DNA of 60,614 nucleotides, filler included, from Asterionella formosa (lineage: Eukaryota), in NCBI GenBank assembly GCA_002256025.1. It is 9 parts of 9 records of this genome, joined end to end, with 100 filler letters (N's around TTAATTAATTAA, not from the genome) between each part and the next. Parts side by side here need not be neighbours in the genome. Positions count along the whole stretch, not along the records: positions 6,768 to 13,423 come from NKIB01012644.1; positions 13,524 to 20,174 come from NKIB01012645.1; positions 20,275 to 26,928 come from NKIB01012646.1; 6 more parts are not named here. One strand, given 5' to 3'. The position numbers and the translations under genes were made by a program. Shown here piece after piece: positions 12,011 through 25,488 of this stretch; position 1 is the first letter of the stretch, and every line of letters starts with the position of its first letter. The notes below the pieces were generated by a model that made no database searches, had not been told where the DNA came from, and saw nothing but the letters and a program-made list of their open reading frames with translations.

Positions 12011-13129
12011 ATGGCGACAACAGTAAACACAACTGCACCACTTGGTGGTTCGGAGCCTCAAGAGCCACGAGGCCCCATATATGTCGATACACAGCATGAT
12101 GACATGGTTCATGATGCACAGCTGGACTATTACGGAGCCAAGCTTGCAACATCGTCGTCAGGTATGTTCATGTTTGTAAACATTCCATACTGGAACTCCT
12201 GTAGATTGCCGGTATTCGTGGTCTTCGTATGATACTCTGATGTTTTCCATCGTTGTGGTATTTCTAATCAATTTCATCATTCAGATCGTACCGTAAAGAT
12301 ATACAACGTGTCTGGCTCAGCGTATGAGCACTCGGCTACGTTGGTCGGTCACGAAGGGCCCATTTGGCAGGTGTCTTGGGCACATCCCAAGTACGGAGTG
12401 ATCTTGGCATCTTGCTCTTTCGATGGTTCAGTTTTGATTCATCGTGAAAGCCGACCACGTGAATGGGGCGTACTTTATGCGGCCCGGGGACTTCATGAGA
12501 GTTCAGTTAATGGAATTGCTTTTGCTCCTCATGAGTTTGGATTAATGTTGGCTTCTGCCAGTTCAGATGGAAAGGTTGCTGTGCTTTCTCACCAACCTGA
12601 CAACAATTGGGCTGTTGATTATATTAGAGACAATGCGCTTGGGGTCAATGCTGTAAGCTGGGCCCCTTATGGTGCTTACTATGAGCCTTCGAACTCTGGC
12701 CATGTAGAGTCTCCTCGGCTTGTGTCGGGTGGATGCGATAATCGGATTCACTTTTACGTCAAGAGCGAAACTACGGGACAATGGGAAGAGGATTCCGCCG
12801 CTCCTCTTGGCAAGGATGTTTCCCACAGTGATTGGGTGCGTGATGTGGCATGGGCACCTCCAGTCCTTCCTAATGTCAACGTCGTTGCATCATGCTCAGA
12901 AGACAAGACCGTGTTGATCTGGACACAAAATACGAAGGATTCGGAATGGAAGCCCACATTGCTCAACAAATTTGATGATCCTGTTTGGAGAGTCAGTTGG
13001 AGTGTTACTGGACATATGTTAGCGGTCAGCAGTGGTGACAGTGATGTTACACTTTGGAAGGCTGGCTTGGATGGAAAATGGTCAAAAATGGAAACAGTAG
13101 ATGACACCATTTCGGCCCAACTAGGGTAG
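12011..13129 (+). CDS. SEC13: SEC13 WD40 protein (COPII / nucleoporin); exons 12011-12161 and 12285-13129
   Basis: TQHDDMVHDAQLDYYGAKLATSSS|DRTVKIY, GHEGPIWQVSWAHPKYG, HSDWVRDVAWAP, VWRVSWSVTG. GT-AG intron keeps the frame. Confidence 0.95.
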
Positions 13130-13423
13130 TTTCGTTTAACAATTACCTGGAAAAGGATTAGAATTACGGGCAGTAATGGCCCTTATATCAATAAATGGAC
13201 AAAGAATGAATATTTGATGCCCTTCTCAAGGTTTGAATCTACTCGTGAATTCAGCTCAAGTACTGTTCAGGCCAATAGTACATGATTGTAATTGAATGCA
13301 CTATGAATCGGTAAAAAAGTAAGAGCTATGAAAGACAAGATGTTTATGTAAACTTACAATAGACTGACAAGGTGTATATGGTCTCATGGAGTTGTGCATG
13401 CATACAATAGAACGTTGAAGTCA

Positions 13424-13523
13424 NNNNNNNNNNNNNNNNNNNNNNNNNNNNNNNNNNNNNNNNNNNNTTAATTAATTAANNNNNNNNNNNNNNNNNNNNN
13501 NNNNNNNNNNNNNNNNNNNNNNN
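13424..13523. other. Artificial contig linker
   Basis: N44-TTAATTAATTAA-N44. Confidence 0.97.
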
Positions 13524-14067
13524 GATTCTTCTTGAATTGAATTATTTTATGGCTGCTGTGAGCAATGATTCATGCAACAAAGAAATAAGAATAATAAAAT
13601 AGGAAGTGCATCATCAATGGGATTGATCACAATGCAATCACTACATACCTCTATGTACCAGTATACCGTAGTCTTATATTATATTTGTAGAACAACACAT
13701 GAAATGTACCAGGTACCGATATAGTAGAATCAAATATTACATGTACTCCACCGCGGGTACCAGGCACCAGGCACTGGTACTCCAACTCAGTACTGGGTAC
13801 TCCGTACTACCAGGTACCCTGGTAACAGGTAGTAGCTAAATTGATGTCTTTGACTAAATATGCTAGATACGAACATAATTATTCAAGCAATCACGTTGAA
13901 GTGATTCATTTACCTGTAAACGAAACAATCAGTAATGGCATAGCAGTTAGGAGTAGCTGTTTTTTCGTGTCTCCACAAACATGTGCATCACATCAGACTC
14001 AGCAAAATTTAGCAATGTACACTTCAATTTTAAAAATTTTCTGACAATCATCATTACTCAAACAACA

Positions 14068-15400
14068 ATGACAAATCGACATGAAGAACCCAACAGTTGG
14101 GCTGGCATTGACACACTTGATTCAGAACAGGAGGTACGAGATTAACAGAGCATTCTGTTTCTTGCAGCAGTTGTATTTTCATTTGTGGATTCCTTTGGAA
14201 ACTTGAAGCCATTGTGATAAGCATCAGCAAAATTGGAGCATCAATGACTTGACTGGAATGATCATGTCACAAAGCTTCTCCTTGAGCGAGAATAGGTTTC
14301 ATTGTGAATATCGCATGTCCTTTCAAGTGTTCAATCACTGACTGGAATTATTTTGACATTCCATCACAGTTAATGCTGTCAAATCAAATGCAAGTTCCAG
14401 TACATACAGCACAAATCAGCATATTTATCTCAAGTTGATCCTCGCCATTGTCCTTTGCTTGCTTGTTAATGGGGGCGGAAACCTCATTGACATTTGCCAT
14501 GATGTCCATGGAGTTTCTCATCAATCTGTTATGCAATCACTCAAATGTTCCTTGATGCTGTGAACTGCCTCCTGCAGAGAATTATCAATTAGATTACCTG
14601 CAACAAACAACAAACAGGCAGAAACAAGCAGTGATGAATGAATTTCTTGAAAAAAGCGAGCAACAACTATTTTGGGGATGCATGCATTGGTGCTATATAT
14701 GGGTATTTACAGCCTATCACCAAACCAAGAAAAAGGGATTGTGATGGCTTCCCTCAAGCAAAATGCTTGGTCTGGGCATTATATGTCATATGTATTAAAT
14801 GTTCAAGCTATTTGTGACAGTAATTGTTGTTTCCCATACTTTGGTGTGGTGGCACCAGGAAAATGTTCAAATCAGAAGACATTTGAAAGAACATAGCTTT
14901 TTTCAGATTATATTCAACCTTCAATTAGGATAATTCATAGTAGATGATGCTGCTTATACATCGACTGAATAAATCCTCTGTCCTTTTGTTGGAAGTCAAA
15001 GAGAATCATCAAACAAGCAAGGATTCATAGAACTATTTCCTTTCACAACGACGCAGTAGTAGTATTGAGATGATGTTTGGGTTCTTGCTTACCAATAAAT
15101 GGAGAATCCTGAGGAAATCCTTGTCCTTTAGCCTGAAGAAATCAGTTGGTTTTCTTTGTGCTTGTGGCAGCTTACACAGATTTTTATTTACTCAGCATGG
15201 ATGATGATAAAAAGAAGGAATTTGGTAATGGTTTGAATTTTGAATCTTTGGAGTTTGTTGATGCAATACCCAATCCTCCTCTTGGGTGGGCTTACTATCT
15301 TCCAACTGTCAGGAAATTGGATGTAGTACAAGGTACTTTACAAATTCGACAAGCAAGAACTTAGGGCTGGACAAAGTACTATTTGCGCCAATGACATGAA
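14068..15400 (+). pseudogene. Degraded PIF/Harbinger (DDE_Tnp_4) transposase
   Basis: Fragments across frames: EYRMS, CIGA, SGHY..Y.LNVQAICD..C.F.YFGVVAPG, DDAAY, IE..FG, KWRIL. Many stops and frameshifts. Confidence 0.75.
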
Positions 15401-16369
15401 CTGACAGAAATAAGAGTAATGTATAATAAGAAAAATAACAGAAAGAAATTTGATTCAAAAGTAGTAACAAATAAAAGCAGAAATATAATTGCTAACATTA
15501 TTTTTAGATGTATTCTCAGCTGTTTGTGTGAGAGCTATAGAATTCTTTGTCAGTGAATCCATGGCTTCAAAAATGATGCAGCATAACTGACATTCGCTTG
15601 ATACTCTTTACCAACACACTTTGTGACACTTCATTGCTTGCTACTTCGGCCTGAGATTCCTTTAACTTTTCTCAGTACATACTTACAACATCCATTAGTT
15701 TCTTCTTTTGTTTTACAGCAAGCATGGGTGTTTGTGATAATCCTCATTTGTGCTTTGAGAAGAAAGTTCCATTTTTGTACGGCATTCATTTGCTTTTGAA
15801 AATTCTATCAAAACTTCGACAACTTGTTTTGTTCTTTCAAGCTCATGCCATGTTTTCTTGATTTTTTGGTGGGAGCTTGGCAAATTCAAGTTCATCCTCT
15901 TCATGAACATGTATTAGACTGTCTCTAGCAACACCATCACTCAAACTTGGCACTGTGTAGGCCCATTAATGTGTCACCTCTTGAAGCCATAATTAATATT
16001 ACAAACTATAAGATTGTTTTGAGTGTTTTGAGTGAAGGGGAAGTAAAATTGATAAAATTGTCATGTTGAGCAGAAACTTGTTATTATTGAAACAGATCGA
16101 AAAATGCGCATTTAGAAGATCCATAAACTCTAGCAAATTTTTGCTATCGAACATAACAAAACTGAGGGGATAATTATCATCAATTCCATGGTATTCAAAC
16201 TGGTTGTGTTTGAAGGCCATGGATCCAATTGTATCATCATCTATGTTCATCATGTACTAGTAGGTACTATCCAATAATTTGTCCCAAACTGTTTTATGGG
16301 GAATCATCCTTGCATCCAGCTCACTCAACCATAGTTTGTTTATTCCCAAGATCCAAATCATCTTGACGA

Positions 16370-16780
16370 TGACCACAAAAATTGACAAGAAACTCATGGA
16401 GATAGACAAAAATGACCGATATCCACCACCCAATGCACAGCATCATTAAGTTGAGAAAGGCTTTTTTGAAGATGTCCATGCATCCAAATCAGATCCAAAC
16501 AGGCCGTTGTTGGCGCACCGCACAAACACAATATTAAAAAAACTATAAGCAGATGAAAGAACCACATTAATTGACAAGAAACTCATGGAGATAGACCAAA
16601 ATGACCAATATCCATCCAACAGCATCATTAAATTGAGAACATAAGGCTTTTGACGATGTCCTCGCATCCAAATCACATCCAAAAAGACCTTTTCCGTCCC
16701 ATTGTACCTACAAAGTATACAAATTGCTACAAGCAGATGAAAGAACCACAAGAATTGACATTAAACTCATGGAGTTCTTG
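16370..16780. repeat. Degenerate ~185-bp tandem duplication
   Basis: AATTGACA..AAACTCATGGAG at about 16380, 16569 and 16753; CAGATGAAAGAACCAC twice. Confidence 0.6.
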
Positions 16781-17365
16781 CAAAACGTTTTTCCCAACTA
16801 AAGAGATGACACACAGATGTTTGCTTGCCATTGCTACTGATATAGAATTGTTGAAAGCCAACAACAGAGGAAATTTCGTTATGTCTCGCACTCACCAAAG
16901 CAGTCAATGAAATGAAGGGTATACTCCCATGGCTGACGGTTGTTAAAGTAAGTCAAGAACTACCAAATCAAGAAAACAAAAATGCGATTTCACAACTAGA
17001 TGTTGCTTTTGTTCATAATCCTAGCAGTCACCAGCATAATGAATCATAGATAAATGCAATATCTGATTTTTCAATTGATGGAATTAATGAGGGGATAAAT
17101 TGTTTACTGTGGCATCAGACTGGAGGCCACAAACACTAAGTGACCACCAAAAGGATGCTCATTTCACTATCCCCAGGGACTAGTGGTGAAATTAGTAAGG
17201 GGAGTGCAGCATACAGGTTTTGAGAATATTCACATATATGTTATCTTCCCTGCCATATAAGGTATTGGGACTACCGTAGATGTTTAATGCACTGTGAAAG
17301 TTGGATATCGACAAAATGTAGAGAAGAATGGGATTGATTTCAACGGTTGTAACTATTTCAGGTAT

Positions 17366-18016
17366 TCAAAGATTGCTCACTATGCCATTCAGAAGGTAGA
17401 ACATCCTCTGTCGCTCATATGCCACTTCTTCGGTGGCGCCTTTGGTGATCAGCTGCTGGTATAAATCTCCTTGCAGGATTTTTTGGTCTCGTTGCGATGA
17501 TGGTGGCACAGATGGAGGACGAATGTGTTGTCGAGCCATCATTGTAGATACATACGGTCGTCCTTTGGATTCGTGCATCTGTTCAACGGACCTGTGTGAC
17601 GACATAGTGGATCCTTGGGACATGCTTCCTAAAGATCTTGCGCCATCGAGGGTTGGGGTCGACTGAAACGAAAAATGTTGATTTTCGAAGGATGTTTGTG
17701 AATGAGACTGATTGCCGGATCGCTCCAGATGGCCAAGTGAGCTATCGGAGTTGCAATAAGATGAATTGGACATGATATTTGGAAGATGTTAGATAAGAGA
17801 TGGGTCTGAAGTTGTTTGTCGGCAGTCTTTGTTTTGTTCTTGTCGATTATTGTGACATATCTGCTGTACCGCCCGTGATCGCAATATTGCTTCACCATTT
17901 TGATGCTCTGACGCTGGTTTTGCACGTGGTTTAAAACTATCGCGGTTATTAGCGAAACAGTCAAAGACTCTACCAGTAGCAAAGTCGTCTAGTGTACATA
18001 AATTATGTATGATCAT
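17366..18016 (-). pseudogene. Ser/Gln-rich hypothetical ORF with one in-frame TAA (17789-17791)
   Basis: ORFs 18016-17789 and 17773-17366 lie in the same frame. No recognisable domain. Confidence 0.3.
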
Positions 18017-18654
18017 ACTATAACCCTAATTATGACTAAATACTTTGCTGGCGTTTGTCAAGAGAAGCCTTCACTTTTCATCTACTTAACAAATATATGC
18101 ATGCAGTTTTCAGAATCCGTCTCAGATGCACCGGCACTTTTCTTTGTTGTCAACAATTGTGAGTTCTTTCTATTGTACCAGGTACCCTGGTACCGTACTA
18201 CAGGTATTGCTTCCTCGCTCTTTTGGTGTGATGCTGGTTTTGAACGTGGTCGTGGTTGAAAACTGCTCCTAGCTATATACGGGTAATAAGTTTAACAATC
18301 GGATCACGATTAAGCTATGACCATAATTCTGAGTACTTAATTTGTCGTATGTCATTTGATAGGATGACTAGGCTCTAGAAACGACATCTACTCAAATATA
18401 TGTACAGTATGCAGTTTTCAGAAAAGGCCCTCAGACACCAAGTACTGATACTTGTATGACTAATTACTAGGGCTAAAACTTATCGTTGACACAAATACAC
18501 AGCTTTTGGTCGGTTAGTCGTGCAATCTGATGTACCGTGTCGGCCATTTTGACACCAAATAGTTTTACCGATACTGTATTTCAAATACAAATACACTAGT
18601 ATCGCTAGAATGGAAACCAAAAAATATTTCCCCCCTTTTCGAAGACAAATATAC

Positions 18655-20174
18655 TGTTAGGAAATATGGACGTACAAGATACAGACGATGAATGGATTAA
18701 AGTACAAGGAAAGAAAAAGAAGAAAGAAGCCACGTCCACAGTGAACGCTACGTGGCTGAACGAGTAGGTATATATACATAGTTAACATGAGTTCTGCTCA
18801 TTCTTTACTAATTATCGGGTTTACATCGATAAAGCCTCCCCTGTAGACTGTCTTCTGTCCATTGTTATCTTACAGATACAATAGAATACAGTCCGAACTT
18901 GTGGATTCATCATAATTAGTAAAGAAAAAGGCGAATACAATGGGAGGTGGCAATATGGCAGCCGATGATGGTGGCGGCGGTGATGCCACACCAAAAGACA
19001 AGAAGGAAAGTGTTGGTGGCAAGAAGCTACCATATCGATATGGAATCCACGGAAACCAGAAGAATGCTGTCCCACGGCAGCCCAAGTTTGAAGGGAAGTG
19101 TGACGAGTTGAAAGGTCATGTCTACGATTGCTCAGATGCAAGACAGGCAGACTTGTTTATCAAGACAACAAAGGAGGTGGCTGAGTTTGTGGGGCGGACC
19201 TACAAGTATGGCGGTGACATCCGATTGGCAGTAGAAAACCTGCAGGTGCCAAACATCGCTGAGCCATATGACCCACCAGCAGGCGCATCCAGGACTCAGG
19301 AGCGCATTTGGGAAAAACAGGTAGATGAATATGTTAAGCGAACAACCTACATAAGCGAGAATATTAAGACCCTATATTCACTAGTCTGGGGCCAATGCAC
19401 AGACATTATGAGGCAAAAAATCGAGGCCCTACATGATTTCGAGGAGATGTCGACCAACGGTGATGGTCTTGCATTACTCAAAGCAATCAAAAACACTGCT
19501 TTCAACTTCCAAAGCCAAAAGTACCTTCCGCATTCACTGTATGAATCGACTTGGCGTTTCTACATGACGGTCCAAGGAAAGTATATGACAACCCAGGCTT
19601 ATCTTGAACAGTTTCAAAACATGATAGATGTCATTGGACATACAGGAGGAATGGTGGGCCATCAACCAGGAATCGAAAGAGCCATAATGAGGGAAAGGGG
19701 CATTGATCCAACAAACGCCACAACCATGCAACAAATGGAAATAGAGAAAGAGGCCCAGAACTGCTATTTGGCTGTTGCATTCATGCTTGGTTTGGACAAG
19801 GCTAGGTTTAGTCGCCTGCTTGAGAACTTCTTGGAGAATGACTATCTCCAAGGCCAAAATAATTACCCAACATCCATCACTGCAGCCTATAATCTGCTTA
19901 CTAATTGGAAACAAGACCCCCGCAATCTCATACGTACAAGTGGACCAGTCAGCGATGGAGTATCATTTACCAATGTAGACGGTGAACATGGAGAACAAGA
20001 CATTGCGCTTGCAAACAATGGACACACTAAATCTGGACGAAATAAACTGTCACACATCACATGCCACAAATGTGGCAAACAGGGACATTTTGCTGACAAA
20101 TGCGAAGAGGAGCAGCGTCAGGAGCATCAAACTGGCTCCATGCTTTTGACGGCAGGTATAGAGAATGGAGAATT
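18655..20174 (+). mobile_element. Ty1/copia (CoDi-type) retrotransposon, 5' part, with possible LTR from ~18655
   Basis: A segment starting TGTTAG with a TATA-like TATATATA precedes an uninterrupted gag ORF. LTR limits are not confirmed because only one end is present. Confidence 0.65.
18940..20174 (+). CDS. Copia gag polyprotein N-terminus, open to the contig end
   Basis: FEGKCDELKGHVYDC...TTKEVAEFVG, YSLVWGQCT, LENDYLQGQNNYP and the zinc knuckle CHKCGKQGHFADKC. Confidence 0.8.
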
Positions 20175-20274
20175 NNNNNNNNNNNNNNNNNNNNNNNNNN
20201 NNNNNNNNNNNNNNNNNNTTAATTAATTAANNNNNNNNNNNNNNNNNNNNNNNNNNNNNNNNNNNNNNNNNNNN
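20175..20274. other. Artificial contig linker
   Basis: N44-TTAATTAATTAA-N44. Confidence 0.97.
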
Positions 20275-20428
20275 TACAGTATGACGATGATTGCATGCAG
20301 AGTTTTGCAATTATGCGTACCGGAATAAGCATACAACAAGCAACGGACAAACGTTTTTGCAAAGAATTAGGAGTTGTATTTCAATAACTTTCACACTTTT
20401 ATGTAATCATAATCACTTGCACTGGCAA

Positions 20429-23400
20429 ATGAGCACACCAAAGATAGCAAGGTTCATTGATGATGAGAACGTGTCTAACAAAAGGAAGATTGAAAGATCT
20501 GCAGCAACCTCTCCATCGACAATAGAAGCAATAACTTCGTTTTCCGGGACTGGAATAAAGGAGAAGTCACTTGCCATTGGTTCATCAAGGGGAGGCACTG
20601 GCAGGAAAAGCGCGTCTCCTTCAGTAGATACCAATGTTGGTGATTCCTGGAATGGAATCAGAAAGCGAAAACGGGGGAATGAGATATCAAGCTGCGACCA
20701 GACAAGCAGGGGAACTACTGACAGAGACGACTATGCTTCGATCATGGTACCGAAGAAGCGCCTCCGACGACCAGAAGCTGATAAATTCCATTCGGACGGG
20801 ACACTGATGAGCGCAAACTCCATGTCAACACGGAAAAAATCACAGCAAACGACGTTTGGCATCATCGAGCGTTTATCGGGAGTATCAAGTGAGCAGATGG
20901 AAGGGTTTGCACTTCAGGTTTCATTTGAACCGCTACTGTTGGCGAAGATTGATCAACGGGAAATCCTTGAATCATGCGAGAAAGGAGGCGCCGTTGGTTG
21001 TGTCCTTTCTCTGTCGGTGAAACGACCATGCAGCCCTGAAATTATAGAAAAATATACTTGCCTTGATTTCCTGAAAGACTTGATCCGTAGAAAACTTGTT
21101 GGCGAAGGACCATCCTACACAAAAGCTGAAGCAATGAAACGTTCAATATATGATCTCATCTGCGATAGTTCAGATACGATGGAGACCATACTTCCCTCTT
21201 GTCAAGCCTTTATCGAAGGCAAGTCAAATTCGAAAGAAGCTCAACTGGCTGGCGAGGATGATTTGGGATGGTGGGGGTCCAGACACCTGGAGATCAGGAA
21301 GCTCGCATTTCTGAGGCGTTTGCTCTTGCCTATGTGTGTAAAGGTGAAATTTAAGTCGCAGAATATCTTGAAGCGTCTGGAAAGTTCTTTTGCTGATATA
21401 CTCTTGCAGCTTGACGTTGTTGGGTTACAGGCTATTGTTATTGACGCGTTGATACTTCGAACTTGTCAACTGAAACTAAAGGAGTTCTCGTCCAAGCAAA
21501 AGAAACTTCAGATCGAAATACAGGCTACCTTGCATCGTGCCATGACAAGCAATCTTTTCGATTTTCGCGCTTTTCATGAGAGTACCAATCATCTATTGGC
21601 TCATGATCCAGACAAGCGTCATCTGTTGAAAAACTCACTATTAGGCAGTATTGAACTACGGAATAATACCAATGCATCGGACGAAGCTAGCGCTCTTAAT
21701 GTCAAAGCTAATCAGGCGGCTAAACTTTGGGAACAGTACCTATGCAATGATAGCAAATTCTCGCTCTCCCTATTCGAACGAAGGTCATGTCCACCAAATA
21801 TTAGATGTGTCCAAATCGCGATTTGGACTGAACGACAGTTGTTGTTAAAAGAATATGCTGCCAAACAGGAAGGGAACGTGGAGAGAAATAGCAACAGCCT
21901 GAGACTTCCTAGTATGAAAATAATTCCAAATGCTCGGTAAGTTATTTATCAATGTGCCGTCCCCAAACAAAATTTAACGCGTTCTTTGCCTGACTGATGT
22001 TTACTTAAAATCCATGGCAGTGATGAGAACGGAGATTTCGTTTTGAACGGTGACGAGATCTCCGCTAAGTCTTTTTCAAAAATGACTAGGTTCATGAAAA
22101 AAGTTAATGCAACTTTTCTTCGCCCTTTCTATGCCAACAGATCACGCCCACGCCTTCAACAGTTAAAATTGCCGAAATTCACGTTCCAGCAATTGAAGGC
22201 TTTATTCTTCGATTTCGACGGTAGCTTGCGGAATTCGATAAGGAAAGATATTGATACCTCGTTAAAACATGGATATATTAACTTCTCGAATAAAAGTTGC
22301 GTTGACGAGCGCAACGATGAAAGATGGCAGGTGCCATTGAAGCACCATATGTCCAGTGCTAATGTAATTGGAACTCGGGAGACCGTGGAACGACTCCTTG
22401 GTGGAGTCTTTAACCCGGCATTTGAAACGCTTGATGATATAGGAATGCTAATCGGTGGAACTGAGGATCAATCTTTACACCATGACGTTGCGCGCCAAAT
22501 GGTACACTGGATACCTGAAGTTAATGAAGGAGAATCAATGGGATACAGAGCGGAAGGTTGGGAGGTGGATCGCTTAGAGTATAACGAAGCAATGGCGAGC
22601 CCCAACGCACCCATGAGCCTCGTCATCGGTATGGGCGATCAACGCGAGGTACTCCTAGGAGTTCAAAAAGATCAAATTGAAGGTCTACCTGGTGGGCGAT
22701 GTAAAATATTAAATGGGAACGGCGAGGAATACGATATCGTTCGTGAGAACGACAATCTTGTTGTGATTAGATCTTACATGGGATGCATGTTCACAGGGGA
22801 CTTCCCGCATGCTGGCGTTCGAAATGTTGCCCTAAATTCACCAGAAGACAAACTCTTGCAAAAACTCAATTTACGCATCAGCGCAGTGTCAGAAGAATTT
22901 CACGATGATCGATTGGCCCAGACACGCGCAGTTATTGATGTGCTCTGTAGTTTTCCCGGCCTCAACAAGCTGTGCCGTCTCCACTGCTCGACAAAAATTC
23001 TTGGTGGAAATCTTCAAATTCCAGAGAACACGATCGGATTCACCGGCTGTGAACCAAACCCACCAGATCCTCGTTGTTTACAAGATGATGAGATGTTCGA
23101 CAACGCTTTGAATTCGTACAATTCATTACCAGATTTACTTGGAGTGAAAGCTCCGCCGGAAATGGCTGGATACTCCAGTGATCGTTCTCAAGTTGGTTGG
23201 TCGCCTCCTGACAAGAAGCAACATGTGGTTCCTCGAGATAACAGTGATGTCCCTGTTGAAATGTCAAAGGCTGCTACTAATGGTTCCGACGGAGTCTACG
23301 AGAATCATGGTCAGATTACGAAACATGAATTTCAAGCCCTTCTGAAAACTGGGATCGCATCCCATGTCACATTAGCGAGTGAGATGATTCGTATTCCCCG

Positions 23401-23464
23401 AAAACTTTCTAGCACTGAAGTCACCCCACATTCATCACCTGAGCATGATCGAAATAATTGCTAA
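20429..23464 (+). CDS. ~980-aa protein with a C-terminal 2-oxoglutarate/Fe(II) dioxygenase-like domain; exons 20429-21936 and 22021-23464
   Basis: An in-frame GT-AG intron (21937-22020) joins the two long ORFs. Motifs QSLHHD (HxD), FTGDFPHAG (distal His) and RLH. Basic NLS-like RKRKR and KKRLRR near the N-terminus. Confidence 0.7.
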
Positions 23465-23480
23465 GTCAGTGCATGAATTT

Positions 23481-24663
23481 TCACTGTGCACTTAGTTGAT
23501 CTTTCGATCCATTGTCGATTTCTGAACCAATGCAATCATCGGTTGGCTCGTTATTACAAGACTGGACCCATACATTCTTAAAGTCCTCCCAGGTCATATT
23601 CTTTGTTCGAATCTCAACATTAGGCGTATCCGGGGCGTTGTGGATCTCCGCGTAGAAATCACTGAGGGGGGCAAGGATTTCAACAGACTTGGGCACTTCC
23701 TTCATGGCCAACTCAAGAGTTTCGAGTGGAACGACTCGTCCAGTAATCCTCGCACGTTGGTTCGCTCGTTCCATGACAGCATCATGAGGAGCTGTAATGT
23801 GCAATATTGCAATTTTCAAGTTGGCTCGTTGTGCTCGAAGGCTTTTAAAATACATTGTGTACCATTGACAATCTCTCAAGGTCCCATCAACGAGCACATT
23901 AAGGCCACGTTGTAATGCTATTTGCGTCATTGTTTCCGCAATATAACCTGCTTCTTTTTTGGTAAATTCGCCGGCCTGCTGTGGTGTTTTTGACACGTAT
24001 ACATCAAACTCTGGAAGGTGTCGTCGAATGTCGTCCGGATCGACTGTGACAAATGATTGGAGGGGGAAATAACCTCGATGAGCTAGATTTCGAATAGTCC
24101 ATGATTTGCTGTTGTATTATGGGAAGATTATTAGATGAGTATTTTTACAAACGACGTTTAGGTTTTCCATGTTCCATTGTTCGTTGTTCATTCTATGCCA
24201 TGGGATGTTGCAGAACTTTGACTTACCCAGCGCCCATTGCCCCGGCGGTGAACACAATCCAAGGCTGAGTCGGTGCTGCACATTCCTTCCCAGTCGAGTC
24301 AGTTATGCGCGTTCCATACAGCATGATATCAATAACAGTATCCTGAAGCAACTGTCGTGACTTGGTGTAGTTGGAATGGTAGGTATGGTCCAGTCGCTCA
24401 CGGAACGCTCCATACGTTCCACAGTATTCCGTAATGTCAGCTTTGTAGTTGTCTTCTGTTGATCTAGTCCAATCATAGTGAATGGTTTGTACTCTTGGAG
24501 CCCAACCCATGCTTGTCGTACTGGCGAGCCGACGCATGGTCAAAAAGTTAAATTCTGACACCAAAAAGGTCGTTCGGAAGCCAATGACAACAATTGTACC
24601 AAACGCAGAAGCTATAAATGTCCGCATTCGCAAATGCCGAAAGCTCATGTAATGCTTGAGCAT
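23481..24663 (-). CDS. Zeta-toxin-domain P-loop kinase; intron 24226-24109; start codon uncertain
   Basis: Spliced Walker A WIVFTAGAMGAG|KS, plus VDPDDIR, NVLVDGTLRD and RARITGRVVP, matching the zeta-toxin/AAA_33-like pattern. Confidence 0.8.
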
Positions 24664-24733
24664 GATCTTGATCTTTCGTTTCCCTGGCTTGATCGTTCAC
24701 ACACTCAACTGCTGTCTTTCACGGGCAGCAGGC

Positions 24734-25488
24734 NNNNNNNNNNNNNNNNNNNNNNNNNNNNNNNNNNNNNNNNNNNNNNNNNNNNNNNNNNNNNNNNNNN
24801 NNNNNNNNNNNNNNNNNNNNNNNNNNNNNNNNNNNNNNNNNNNNNNNNNNNNNNNNNNNNNNNNNNNNNNNNNNNNNNNNNNNNNNNNNNNNNNNNNNNN
24901 NNNNNNNNNNNNNNNNNNNNNNNNNNNNNNNNNNNNNNNNNNNNNNNNNNNNNNNNNNNNNNNNNNNNNNNNNNNNNNNNNNNNNNNNNNNNNNNNNNNN
25001 NNNNNNNNNNNNNNNNNNNNNNNNNNNNNNNNNNNNNNNNNNNNNNNNNNNNNNNNNNNNNNNNNNNNNNNNNNNNNNNNNNNNNNNNNNNNNNNNNNNN
25101 NNNNNNNNNNNNNNNNNNNNNNNNNNNNNNNNNNNNNNNNNNNNNNNNNNNNNNNNNNNNNNNNNNNNNNNNNNNNNNNNNNNNNNNNNNNNNNNNNNNN
25201 NNNNNNNNNNNNNNNNNNNNNNNNNNNNNNNNNNNNNNNNNNNNNNNNNNNNNNNNNNNNNNNNNNNNNNNNNNNNNNNNNNNNNNNNNNNNNNNNNNNN
25301 NNNNNNNNNNNNNNNNNNNNNNNNNNNNNNNNNNNNNNNNNNNNNNNNNNNNNNNNNNNNNNNNNNNNNNNNNNNNNNNNNNNNNNNNNNNNNNNNNNNN
25401 NNNNNNNNNNNNNNNNNNNNNNNNNNNNNNNNNNNNNNNNNNNNNNNNNNNNNNNNNNNNNNNNNNNNNNNNNNNNNNNNNNNNNNNN
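24734..25488. other. Scaffold gap (755 N)
   Basis: Run of N with no linker motif. Confidence 0.98.

Noticed and set aside
23481..24663. Bacterial epsilon/zeta toxin-antitoxin operon or contamination
   Set aside because: The gene has a GT-AG intron and no antitoxin ORF, and its neighbour is also spliced.
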